From assembly GCF_048593235.1 (NCBI RefSeq), contig NC_133619.1, positions 165,678,454-165,742,453 of the forward strand: 64,000 nt of DNA. The letters run 5' to 3'. The stretch's first letter is position 1, and each line of letters starts with the position of its first letter. A program made the position numbers and the translations under genes. This document shows, one piece after another, positions 1 through 11,382 of this stretch. The notes under the pieces were generated by a model. It was given only the letters and a program-made list of their open reading frames with translations, ran no database searches and was not told the DNA's origin. Source of the stretch: Sminthopsis crassicaudata. Lineage: Eukaryota.

Positions 1-284
1 GGGCCAGACACAGACTCAGAAGGAATACAGAGACAGATTCATTCTATCTTCATCAGGCTCCTGGTGGCAGGCTCTCCTCCTTTACTTCTCCACTAAAACC
101 AAAACTTCTGAAAGGTTCTCCATTAAGCTGGCCCAGGGCCCCAGGCCAGGAAACTAGATTGTGAAGGAGATAATAAAGGATTTGAAATTTAACACCTGAC
201 TATTCTTGAGGTGATTACTTAGTTAAAAAGAAGGCTGCTGCTCCAAAGACCTCCAGAGACCCCTAGAAAACACAAACAAAAACA
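1..284 (+). mobile_element. 3' part of an ERV LTR (cut by window edge)
   Basis: AATAAA at 172-177 followed by U5-like sequence ending ...AAACA at ~284; resembles marsupial LTR ends from memory; 5' end not visible. Confidence 0.5.
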
Positions 285-1624
285 TTTCAGAGACCTGATG
301 AAGACCTTAGTTACAAAAGATCAAGATCTCCCATTTCATCCAGGGCCATCTCCAGTGGACCAGATCTATGCCTGGCCAATGGACCCACATGGCTTTGAAT
401 GGGAAAATGAGGCAGGTGACTTTGCATAGCATATTTATGCATAGCAAAGGCTGACTTCCCAATGCTAGGAATACACTTCTTTTACCAGTCTAGCTTTTCA
501 GGTTCATATATTCCTTTACAAAGGACCTCTGCACCACCAGAAGGGGTTCCCACAATTCCCTACCCTGTGCCTAATCCTAGGGGAATTTAAGAGAGCCAAA
601 TCTCTTCATTTGGTTCCCTGAACACCGAACCTGCCACTAAAGTCATCATTTAATTCTCTGACCACCAGGAGCCCCAATGGCATCATTAGCACATTGTTGC
701 TGTAAAATGTTCTCTTGGTTAGGCTCAATTCAATTTGCTTGAATTCCTGTAAGTCTTTCCAAGTTTTCTGTAACTTCCTGCTTGTCATTTCTTAAAACAC
801 TCTAATATTTGATTACATTCATAAACCATAACTTTAAAACTGCTTATTTAAAATAAATGATGAAAATTTGATTTGACTATAGCCAATAATGTATTCAACA
901 AGCAATTAAAAGAAAACTGAGAAAACTCTTTTTGAAAGGCTACTTCACTCTTTTGATTTCTGTTGTTTTCTTCTATCCATTTCCTGTATTCTTGGAATTG
1001 AGACCAAGAGTTTAGACAAAGTGTTAGAAATTCTAAGTAGGGCTTTAGACAGCAAACAGAATGTAACAATATCAGAATTTAGGCAAAGCCAAATGGAAGA
1101 TATGCCATGTGTATGCCTACCTCCTGCTATGTTGGGGTCTTTTTACTAAGGTGATGCCATGTATAAAATCACTTTAATTCCCAAAGGATCAAACCTCTGG
1201 CCTGAGGATCCCTCATGCATTGCTCACCAATGTCCACAGCTCCCAGCTATTTGAGGAGTTAATACTGCCCCATTACTACAATAAAACTCTGGAAAAGGAT
1301 TAAAATAATTGCTCTCTATCTTCAGTTTATCTTCCTGTCTGACTCCACTTTTTCAGTGATTCAGAATCTTCAACTGGGATAAAAGCTCTCTCTCTTTTTT
1401 TCCTTCTAATTTCCTCTATTCTATTCTTTAGCCAACTAAAACTTACCACTCACTAGTCACTTTTCTCCTTTCCTTTTCATTTCCATTGTGCCATGTAAAA
1501 ACATTTCCTTTGACCTCTGCTTTCACACCTTACTTTTCTTGGTTTCACAAAACTGATTCTTCAAATGATTCTGATTCTCCAGTGCTAGTAGTACCATTTT
1601 CATTTAAATTTTTTTCTTGTTTAT

Positions 1625-1968
1625 TGTTGTGACCACATTAGTACCCTGGATATCTTAGAAGCAGCTGGAGTCAGGATAAGCAAAAGCCTTTATTCTTTGT
1701 GTTTTGGAGTTGCTGTCAGGGGATTAGATATAGGAATCTCCACATCTCCTTTCTCTCTCTCCACCACCAAAGAATGATCCTGCTTGTCCTACTCCACCCT
1801 CTTATCTCTCTTCCCCTTCTTTGTCCACATCCAGAGATCCAGCCAGCACAGAGTTGAGTAAGGTCATCCTCCAAGCATATGTTAATAAAGAATTGTCCAA
1901 TTGGTAATTAGCCTTAAGTGCTAGGTTACCTTACCTTAAGTGCATCTGCTCCATTCTAGCCCTTTACA
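1625..1968 (-). mobile_element. solo ERV LTR
   Basis: TG...CA termini (tgttgtg...ctttaca); perfect 6-bp TSD GTTTAT at 1619-1624 and 1969-1974; AATAAA on the minus strand near 1690. Confidence 0.85.
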
Positions 1969-2338
1969 GTTTATGATCATAACAAACAACACATTTGAGT
2001 ATTTTAATGTCCAAAGAAAATAAAAGGAGATTATATATGAACCTGTGAACTTCTATTAGATATAGTTTTAAAGCATGTATTAAATTATACACTAAAACTT
2101 CTCTTCTAGTTTCCCTTCAAAGCTTCCCTCTGCCTTTCTGTATATTTTCACTGATGTTCCTTTCTTGCTTTTTTTCCATCACTATCACTATCAGTTCTCC
2201 TAATAATTTTCTCTGGAGACAAATAAGCTTAACAAGACAAATATACAAACAACAACAAAACAATGCCTTGGGCAGTCTCCAAATAAATGTTTCATTCTGT
2301 ACCTTTCTTTATCATTTCTGGGTTTCTTTCTTTCCTAG

Positions 2339-2484
2339 AGGGACAGCTAGGTGGAGCAGTGGATAGAGCACAAGCCTTGAATTCAAGAGGACCCGAATTC
2401 AAATGTGATCTCAGACACTTAACAGTTCCTGGCTGTGTGACCCTGGGCAAGTCACTTAACAACAGCCTCAGAGGGGAAAAAAAA
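2339..2484 (+). mobile_element. tRNA-derived CORE SINE (WSINE1/SINE1-like)
   Basis: A-box/B-box-like head (gctaggtggagcagtggatagagc...gaattcaaat), CORE gctgtgtgaccctgggcaagtcacttaac, A-rich tail. Confidence 0.85.
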
Positions 2485-2660
2485 GATAAAGTCCTAGAGA
2501 GATGAGTTTGGAAAGTCAATGCCAGTAAAGGGATGAGGGCAGTGAAAATGTTTATGCTTTTAGAGCCATAGTTTCCTGCTTATCAGCCCCCGAGCACAAG
2601 GACCACCAAGTCCTTCCCCTGGAGACAGCAGCTGACAAGTGCAAGAACACGCTCCTGGAG

Positions 2661-3632
2661 ATGTGGAGGATCTTACAAACCAAAGAAGGGAAACTTCAAA
2701 TTTCACTGGGCACATTGAGAAGAAGAGAGGCACAATTCAGAGAGAGTTCCTACACTTTCAAAGAGTCAGCTAATACTGAATATGGGAAAATTCACCAGTC
2801 TTGGAGGGATGAAGAATGTCAACACCTGGAAAGGCTGGAGCAGCGATCCCGAGACTATCTGGTCAACCTGGAGGAGAAGGAGAATGAGCTGTCCCAACAA
2901 ATCCAGCATCTACAAGAAATGCTGTTCCAGGTAGAAGAGAATTTGGACAAGATGCCTTTGGCAATGATCCAGGATATGCCAGGCACTTTGAAAAACAAGG
3001 AAGAGCTCCTACTTAACAAACCAGAGCTTTCTTACATTTCCTGGCCTGTCTGCCCTGTCACAGGCATGAGAGAAATGCTCATGAGTTTCTACAGAGATAT
3101 AACTTTTGATCCTGAATCAGCCCATCCTCATCTCATCCTGTCTGAAGATTTGAAGAGGGTCCAGTATGGAAGCATCTGTCAAGACCTGCCTGACAACAAA
3201 GGGAGATTTGACGCTTCTCTTGTGGTTTTGGGAGCCCAGAAATTCACCTCAGGAAAACACTATTGGGAAGTGGGCTATAAGACAGAGTGGGAATTGGGCA
3301 TCTGTAAAGATTCAGTCAGGAGAAAGGGCCTGATCTCCTCCTCCTCCTCTGGGGATATAAGTACCCTCATGGGCTTCATATGTGGCAATGGATTCTTCCT
3401 CTGGGATTCAAAAAAAGACTGTCAATGCAGCTTACCTGTGCAAAAATTGGGCATTTTTCTGGATTATGAAATGAGCACTATAGCATTTTATGATGTCATC
3501 GACAGATCCCTTATCTACAGTAACTCAAACATAGATTGTGAAGGACCTCTTTGCCCTTATTTCTCGCCTTACCTTCTCTGTGGAGAAAGCACCACTGGTT
3601 CACTCATCATTTGCCCCAAGAGTCCACAGTAG
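2661..3632 (+). CDS. TRIM type A, 5'-truncated: coiled-coil + PRY-SPRY ORF, 323 aa (gene or young pseudogene)
   Basis: Real ATG at 2661; ITFDPESAHPHLILSED, GAQKFTSGKHYWEV, GIFLDYE, PYFSP motifs; TRIM homology starts at ~2574 in the middle of the B-box; AATAAA at 3739-3744. Confidence 0.75.
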   Translation: MWRILQTKEGKLQISLGTLRRREAQFRESSYTFKESANTEYGKIHQSWRDEECQHLERLEQRSRDYLVNLEEKENELSQQIQHLQEMLFQVEENLDKMPLAMIQDMPGTLKNKEELLLNKPELSYISWPVCPVTGMREMLMSFYRDITFDPESAHPHLILSEDLKRVQYGSICQDLPDNKGRFDASLVVLGAQKFTSGKHYWEVGYKTEWELGICKDSVRRKGLISSSSSGDISTLMGFICGNGFFLWDSKKDCQCSLPVQKLGIFLDYEMSTIAFYDVIDRSLIYSNSNIDCEGPLCPYFSPYLLCGESTTGSLIICPKSPQ

Positions 3633-4355
3633 AAGGCTATCACAGATGTTAATTACTATGGATGATCCTCTCTGACAAATGAGTAAATATGATACTGACA
3701 GTGACATTCTATTTCTTTGAATTCCTGTTTAAATGGTCAATAAAGTGATGTGTCATTAGTAAAACCAAATGAAATAGAATCTGTCTTCTTTTTACTTCTA
3801 CTCATAAAAACTGACAGGTTATTTTTTTCCCTTGCTGGCTGATTTGTAGCATCTCAAGTGGAAGGAAAAGCAGAGAGAAAAAAGGAGGAAAGGACTAAAA
3901 AAAGGAAAATAGGAATCAAAAATTTCCAAATATTTTAGGAGGAAGAGCAAAATCTCAAATGCTAAATTATCTTATGTATGAACAACAAATAAGCAACTCA
4001 GCTAAAAAGAAAAAAACAGTCAAAAAAAAGAATGAATGAATGAATAAGGAAAAGGGTGAAATTTTCTCTTGTCCTAGGGAAGTGGGAATGGAAAGACTAT
4101 TGTTCTGAGTTTGAAACAAGTTCAGCTTGAGGAACATAGTCAAATCAAGGATCTTCTACTGAAGAAAGTGATATAAGACACTACAGACATAAACGTCTTG
4201 TGAACGAGTGTAATACATTAGTCTTCAACTATGTAAAACATGAAAGGAAAATATTTTCGCAAAAATACTTTCATTTTTATCTTCTGTTTTTGGCCTTTCC
4301 CTTGTAGAATTTTTGTCCCTCTTTTTGGAGCTATTGTAAAATGCAATATAGATAT

Positions 4356-4438
4356 GGGCAGCTAGGTGGCATAGTGGATGGAGCCCCAGCCCTGAAGTCA
4401 GGAGGACCTGAGTTCAAATATGGAATCAGACACTTCCT
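4356..4438 (+). mobile_element. CORE SINE 5' part, running into an assembly gap
   Basis: gggcagctaggtggcatagtggat...gagttcaaat head; full paralogous copy at 33732-33872. Confidence 0.8.
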
Positions 4439-4585
4439 NNNNNNNNNNNNNNNNNNNNNNNNNNNNNNNNNNNNNNNNNNNNNNNNNNNNNNNNNNNNNN
4501 NNNNNNNNNNNNNNNNNNNNNNNNNNNNNNNNNNNNNNNNNNNNNNNNNNNNNNNNNNNNNNNNNNNNNNNNNNNNNNNNNNNNN
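4439..4585. other. assembly gap (147 N)
   Basis: Run of N. Confidence 1.
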
Positions 4586-5189
4586 ATACTGTCACCATGT
4601 CTCCAATTAAAATTCCAATTTAATTTAAATCCAGTTACAACTGTTTTGAAAGAATGAAGGTGTAGACAATCTTCTTCTGAAGTGCCTAGATGTGAATGTC
4701 ATTTCAAATCTTGAGGCCCTTAATTCTAAAAAAGGAACAATTTGAGAACACAGCCCCATTGCAGAGACAGAAGCACTTTGTGAAGCAGGAGTTCTCACCT
4801 TTTGAGTAGTAAAAAGAAGGAGAGAAAGGGACAAAGTAGGGAAAAAAAAGACACCAGCAGCTGTGGTAAACTCATGAGGATAATATTAAGGGATAGATCA
4901 GTTCTCTGAGAGCCTCCACAGCTGTGGTTCATAACATCTGAAGGAGTTCCAAGGCAGACTTAGCTGTCACAGGTGTTGATGGCTGGGAATGAGATAAACT
5001 AGAGCCAGAGGGAAGAGGAGAAATTGGGACAATGCAAGGGCCTCTCAGTCAGGGAGATCAGACAACAGCAACTGCCTGTCACCTTGTATCATCCTCTCAA
5101 AGGAAGAGATGCATTCTGGGTAGGAACTCCAGCAGTCATTGTCAGATAGCTTCCATGTATTCCAACAGGAAAAAACTTATCTCATGTTT

Positions 5190-5380
5190 GAATTTAATAG
5201 CTATGAAAAAAGTCAGTTTCAAAATGGTAAATGTTCTTGATTATGAAAAGGGACATTCATCATTTTATAAAGATAGATGCCTATTATACAGTTTGTCAAA
5301 GAAAAGCCTCTGAGTCCTTGCTCCTCTACTATTGAAGTACTCCTGGCTTATTCATTATCTTCCCCAAGAATAATCACTGA
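5190..5380 (+). pseudogene. decayed TRIM SPRY C-terminus (older third type)
   Basis: Translates VLDYEKGHSSFY-KDRCLLYSL, matching FLDYE...FYDV.DRSLIYS of neighbouring copies; followed by gtactcctggcttattcattatcttccccaaga (cf. gcacccctggttcactcatcatttgccccaaga) and a diverged copy of the TRIM 3' flank to ~5930. Confidence 0.65.
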
Positions 5381-6343
5381 GGGCTGTCAATGATACTATG
5401 GGAGATTTTCCCTGAGTAGTGATTGAATGTGACCCTGAAAAAGACTTTCTGTTTATTTGAACTTATTTTGACATGGTCAATAATACGATGCATGATTATC
5501 AAAACCAATGAGAATAAAGTCTCTCTTGTTTATACTTGGTATAAAAAAAAAAAAAGATTTGGGGGTTTATTTGTTCGGTTTTTGTTGTTGTTGTTTCTAA
5601 TGGCAGCTGATTTTTAAGTACCTAAGTTGGAGATCTGCTCAATAGAAGACAGAAAAGGATTGGGAAAGAAGAGCTAAAGGCAGAGGAAAAGGGAGAAAAA
5701 AATTTACAAGTACTGCTGGAGGAAGAATTAGATGAAAGAATAAATAAAAAAAATAAACTCAAAATAACACCTAGTAAGTGTTATGTTAAGTGTTAAATGG
5801 ATTAGTATGGGTCAAGGAAAGAGAGAATGGTTCTTTGAGATAATGTCTTAGAGAGATGGGTGTGGAAAGTTGATGCCAATAAAGGGATGAGGGCTGTGAA
5901 AATGTTTATGCTTTTAGACCCATAGTTTTATAATCATTTTTTTTATGAATTTAATGGGATTGTATGGTATGTTGGTATTATTAAGGTAGGTTCTGGTTTC
6001 CTTTTGTAAATTTATCAGAAAAGCTCAAGAAGTTCTCTCTTTTAAATTCTGGGACTATAAAAATCTTTCTTCAAAGCTGGTGAAAGCTAGTCCTTAATTG
6101 CCTTAAACTATGAGGACCACATCCCCCCTTTTTCTTCTAAGAATTGGCAATGAAAAAGTTCAGGCCAACCTAGGGAGGCCAATTGCAAGTCTGAGAGCAT
6201 GGTGAGAGGGAGAATGAGCAAAGAGGAAAAAATCTTCATAAATCTAATGATTGTGAAAAAAGTCATAGGTGTTGATTCAGAATATGTCTTCCAAATAACT
6301 GTCAGTAACAGATAGGGAATGTTTATTTAGCATGCACCACACT

Positions 6344-6505
6344 TGTAATGCCAGAGAAACTGAGGCAAGATAGAGATTAGAGAGTATTTAACTTTTTATT
6401 GAATAGGGAGTGATTGGGACCAAATGGATCCAGGGTTTGGATCCAGGGCTGAATGAGAATCATCTCCAAGAATCCAGAAAACAACGTGAGTTCTCAATCA
6501 CATAT
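6344..6505 (-). mobile_element. LTR fragment (U5 end)
   Basis: Reverse complement ends ...ctctatcttgcctcagtttctctggcattaCA; TTTATT at ~6394 gives a minus-strand AATAAA; no TSD recognised. Confidence 0.45.
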
Positions 6506-6508
6506 ATT

Positions 6509-6660
6509 CATGGGTATGGCAAGTCTATTGCTCTGAGTGAGAGAGATCTACTGGAGGATCATAGCAGACTCAAATATCTTGCATGAAATAAGAAAATATA
6601 AGAGAGCTATAGGTAGAAAGGGTTGCAAAAAATTGCAATAAATTAGTTCTCATTTAGTAG
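6509..6660 (+). repeat. isolated fragment of the array unit 3' flank
   Basis: aagtctattgctctgagtgagagagatctactggaggatcatagcagactcaaa... matches ~10775-10915 and equivalent positions in each unit. Confidence 0.85.
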
Positions 6661-7912
6661 GGGACCAGCAGAGAAGTTGGAGCCTGGGGTAGGTATTCTG
6701 AGTGACACCAAAGCCCAAGAGGGTCTGACTGTGCTCACCCAGGACCATAACATAGATCCAGCATTTAGGCAGTGAGGTGCTCATGCTGGGGGGGGGGGGG
6801 GGGGGGGAGGTGGCAGTCACACACAGCAGGGGCACAACCCAAGGCAGCCTCTCATCTGTATAGTGAGGGGCTACCCAGGGATAATGGAATTTCCTCAGCC
6901 CAAGATTGCTCCCCCAGGCAAGGACACTTCCGGTTCCATGAAGGACAAGACGATTATACTCAAAGCAGGCTTTTTTTATCTAGGGGGGGGGGGGGGAGCA
7001 GTGATAACTTTGCTCCTTAACCACTATCCCAAGGAGGTCACTAATCCTCACAGTGGGGCTCCTCAAAGGGCACTTACACAGCCTAGCCCGTGATACCCAG
7101 GCACAATTACTTCCCCATGGAGCTCTTCCCAGAGCCCTCCCGCAGCTCGGCCTTTCCTTGCAGCCCATTGAGAGGGCAAATACTGTCCTTAAACACATTC
7201 TTGCTCTGCTGAGGAAGCTGGGAATCTCCTTGTCTGAGGGCAGGCCCTGAAGGCTTTAAAAAAAATAAAATGAGAAAAAAATGAAGAAAACAATTGAAAG
7301 CTTCTATGCAGAAAAAGAGTCGGTTTCCAAACCTTGAGGAGGCTGATAGCAGACAGCCTCCAGACAATTCCCCAAATAACGCTCTCCTACAAGAAACTAT
7401 TAAAAATCTGAAGAGAGAATTAGAAGAAAAATGTGGAAAGGAAAGAGAAACTATGCTAGAGAATAACAATGTCCTGAAATGTGAATTGGAAAAGGTAAAG
7501 AATTCACAGGAAGTACAGGGCAACAGAATTCAGGAGTTGGAAAAGGTAAAGAAATCACAGGAAAGTAGGATCTGTGAATTGGAAAAGAAAAAGATCTCCC
7601 AAGAAAGTAGGATTTGTGAATTGGAAAAAGAATAATTCCTAAAAAAACAAATTTAGTGAAATGGAAAAAAATTCCATGGAGCAAAACAACTCATTTAAAA
7701 ACTCAATTGGACACATACAAAAAGAAGTTAAAAAAAGCTAATGAAGAAAATAACTCATTAAAAATCAGAACTGAACAAATAGAAACGAATGATTCACTGA
7801 GACACCAAGAATCAGTCAAGGAAAGCCAAAAAAATTAAAATCTGCAGAAAAATGTCAGCTATCTACTTGCCAAAATGACAGACCTGGAAAATAGATCTAG
7901 GAGAGACAATCT
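6657..7912 (+). mobile_element. L1 5' UTR and disrupted ORF1 (3' part missing)
   Basis: G-rich UTR; ORF1 coiled-coil repeats (ELEKVKKSQESRICELEK) split by frameshift and stop; ends at LENRSRRDNL, the start of the conserved ORF1 RRM region. Confidence 0.8.
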
Positions 7913-7924
7913 GTATTACAGAGT

Positions 7925-8641
7925 GAGCATACCCTTTGACGCAGCAGTACTACTACTGGGCTTATATCCCAAAGAAATACTAAAGAAGGGAAAGAGACCT
8001 GTATGTGCCAAAATGTTTATGGCAGCTCTTTTTGTTGTAGCTAGAAACTGGAAGATGAATGGATGTCCATCAATTAGAGAATGGTTGGGTAAATTATGGT
8101 ATATGAAGGTTATGGAATATTATTGCTCTGTAAGAAATGACCAGCAGGAGGAATACAGAGAGGCTTGGAGTGACTTACATCAACTGATGCTGAGTGAAAT
8201 GAACAGAACCAGAAGATCTCTGCATACTTCATTGTTGTGTGAAGATGTATTCTGATGGAAGTGGATATCTTCAACATAAAGAAGATCCAACTCACTTCCA
8301 ATTGATCAATGATGGACAGAAATAACTACACCCAGAGAAGGAACACTGGGAAGTGAATGTAAATTGTTAGCACTACTGTTTATCTACCCAGGTTACTTAT
8401 ACCTTCGGAATCTAATACTTAATGTGCAACAAGAAAATGGTATTTACACACATATATTGTATCTAGGTTATATTGTAACGTATGTAAAATTTATGAGATT
8501 GCCTGTCATCAAGGGGAGGGAGTAGAGGGAGGGAGGGGAAATTTTGGAAAAATGAATACAAGGGATAATTTTATATTTTTTAAAAAATTACTCATGCATA
8601 TATACTGTGGAAAAAAATTTCTAAATAAAATTTTATAAAAA
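7925..8641 (+). mobile_element. 5'-truncated L1 (ORF2 C-terminus + 3' UTR)
   Basis: [14 protein letters not shown]...WYMKVMEYY motif; A-rich tail; direct repeat GTATTACAGAGT at 7913-7924 and 8642-8653. Confidence 0.9.
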
Positions 8642-9269
8642 GTATTACAGAGTAAAAGTATGATTTTTTTCTCCCATTATTAGATATGACTCTAAAAAGA
8701 GTTTAAGCAATTTTTAAAATTTTGAATTCTACTTTCACTTCAATTAGCAGTAACAGTTTGGAGCTGCTTATTTAATTTGTGAGCTTTAATAGCCATTGAA
8801 TCTTAACTACATCCCATAAATTTGCATATTCTTGGCCACCCTATGAACTAGGAAACAAACCCTTCAATGGATTAGGGGTGGAAGGAAAGGAAATTCTTTC
8901 TAAAACGTCTCCAGGCAGGCCTTTTGGTGATTATGAATCCTTTGGTAATGCAAAATAATTCTTTGAATTCCAAGATCCAAAGACACTTTCTCTACTTGCT
9001 CTTAGCCTCAACTTCACTAGTAGAGATGAGATTGATCTGGTTCAGGGGAGGACTTCAGGGATAACTGAGTACAACCCTTTTGCTTTATAGACTAAGAAAA
9101 TGGAGTTTAAGGAAATTAAGGTCTAGAGGTAGTGTCAGAGATTAGAGTTGAAGCTAGTTTCTCAGACCCCATTACTGTTGTTTCCACTCTTCCACACTGT
9201 CCTTCTCTCTTCCCATAAATCTTGAAGTTTCTTAAGTCCTCAGGAGCCATCTGTGAACCCCCTATCCAG

Positions 9270-9650
9270 TACTGGTAGAATACTGTAGTAGACCACTATG
9301 CTACAGCATACCAGTATACTACAGTATATATACTTTGGATAAACCAGTACATTGCAACATATCAGTATACTGTAGTATACAATTGATATAGTAAAAAAGT
9401 GGTGTAGTATAGTAGTTTATTGTAGTGTGGCAGTAAACTATAATATATTACTATAGTACACCAATACACTATAATATACTATTAAATCATGCCAATGTAC
9501 TCTAATATACTACACAATACATGTAATAAATATGTACATACATATATGATATAGATAGTATATAATCTGCATATAGGTTACATTATCGACTACATAATAT
9601 CCTATATGTAAGATAGGACACCAATAGTGTGCTTTATTACTGTTGTACTA
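9270..9650. repeat. degenerate low-complexity (TAC/GTA/TATA) tract
   Basis: Dense agtatac/tactac/tatagta words with very few G/C runs. Confidence 0.7.
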
Positions 9651-9659
9651 TGGTATACT

Positions 9660-9777
9660 TCTAATGCTAGATTTGTCATCTGTAAAATGAGTTGGAGAAG
9701 GAAATGGAAAACCACTCCAGTACCTTTGTCAAGAAAATGCGAAATGGGATCATGAAGAGTCAGACATGACTTGAAAT
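9660..9777 (+). mobile_element. MAR1-like SINE (CORE + RTE-type tail), interrupted by an LTR
   Basis: catctgtaaaatgagttggagaaggaaatggaaaaccactccagta...gagtcagacatgact; tail resumes at 10262 (aaatgaatgaacaa). Confidence 0.7.
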
Positions 9778-10261
9778 TGATGGGGGTTGAGGTCCCTTTA
9801 AGATTCCTCTCTGACTGCCCAACCCCCATGGCTGACCTTGATTCACAAATCCTGGTCAAAAGCACCCTTTTGAATATCCAGGCCTAACCCCACCATCTGC
9901 TCAGCTTCCCCCAGGCCCCACCAGATCTGAGCTAACTGAAAAGCCTGCCAAGGACTTGGGGGTACCACCAACAATCTTTTAGGTATCAAATAGCCAGGCA
10001 GAGGTTTCTCTTGACAGGAGCCCTCCCCTCCAACACATGTTATCATTCTGACCATGTAAGGGTTCCTGCCCGCCCAGTGGCCACCTCTGGCCCTGGCATC
10101 TTTCTAACTGAACTTTACTTCCAAATTCCTACAATAAACCTTTTTTACCAATCAAGGTTTTAAAGCCTGGAAATTCATTTACAGGGGACACTGGGCCTAA
10201 AGGGATTATCTGACTATCTATGCGCCCACAAACGGGGTTCCCCCTTTCTTTTCCCTCATTA
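9778..10261 (+). mobile_element. solo ERV LTR
   Basis: Imperfect inverted termini tgatggggg...ccctcatta; 4-bp TSD AAAT (9774-9777, 10262-10265) that restores the host SINE tail; AATAAA at ~10133. Confidence 0.75.
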
Positions 10262-11382
10262 AAATGAATGAACAATAAAATAGTAAATAAAGCATATAAA
10301 CATTGTAAGTGCATACCCATTTGTGGCAAAGGGATTGGCGTTATTCTGAGCACCCAGAATCTGGGGCTTGCTTCTTGCTCTGTTCTTCAGCAGTATGAAT
10401 TTAGAATTAAGAGTGCTAACTTTTCAGGAAGACTATGAATCTGAGAGCCTTTTATTTAAACCAAGAAAACTCTGGCTACATTGTTAATCCTTCTTACCAT
10501 AAAAAGGAGAAGTCATGTTTTTTTTCCTTTGGTGACTAATCTTCCAGCACCTAATTGGGAAGGGGAGGCTGTTAGAAGAATAGGAGAAGAAACCTGAGGA
10601 AAATAAAAGAGAAGGAAAAAACTTCCAAGTACAAAAGGAGGAAGAGCAAAATTTGGAATGCTAAATCGCAGTAGGAATATCTAAACAACCAAGCAGATAA
10701 GGAAGCAAAGATATAAAGAAAGAAAAGGAAGAAGCCTTTTCTTGGTTGAAAGTCTAGGCAGATGGGTAGGGAAAGTCTATTGCTCTGAGTGAGAGGGATC
10801 TACTGGAGGATCATAGCAGACTCAAAGATCTTGCAGGAAATAAGAAAATATAAGAGAGGTACAGGTAGAAAGGTGTTGTGAAGGATTGCAATAAATTAGT
10901 CCTCAATTGAGTAGGAAATTGAGCCAGACGTTTTGCCAAATATGCTTTCATTTTTTCTCTTGTACAAGTTTCTGTACCTCTTCTCAGAGCTATCCCATTA
11001 TGGAATACAAGCTAGAACATGGGTGATACCGTCACCATGTGTCTGTGTTAAAGTCCCATTTTTAAAGCCAATTAAACACAAGTTGCAATGTTTTGAAATT
11101 TTGAAGAGTAAAATCACTGTGGTCTAAAGTGCCTAGGTGTGAACAGCATTGTGTATCTGTAATTTCATTGGAGTATTTTTAAAAGGGGACCAATGGTGAC
11201 AACACAGCCCCAGGGAAGACAGTTGAAGCACTATGCAAAGTGGGAGTTCTCACCTTCTGAGCAGTAAATAAAAGAACCTGGATGAGGCAAACAATGAAAA
11301 ATAAATGATAGGAACTCACTTCTCACTTCTTTGTGGCAAGAACCAAAAAGAGAACGCAATCTTTTTTCTCAGTTGAATATCT

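Larger units (their letters stand above)
2988..5037 (+). repeat. segmental duplication, paralogous to 32367-34376
   Basis: Colinear match (roughly 90% by eye) covering PRY-SPRY, 3' flank and a shared SINE. Confidence 0.9.

Noticed and set aside
330-430. Fragment resembling an old marsupial interspersed repeat (ccagggccatctccagt...ggtgactttgcatagc)
   Set aside because: Probably a real repeat remnant, but I cannot assign family or boundaries without a library search.
606-1069. Two minus-strand ORFs between LTRs as possible ERV gag/env remnants
   Set aside because: Only vague resemblance (LGLGTG, QGTK); no convincing major-homology, immunosuppressive or CX6CC motif in the right order.
7875-8255. 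126-aa ORF as a novel gene
   Set aside because: Chance in-frame junction of two L1 fragments across a TSD.
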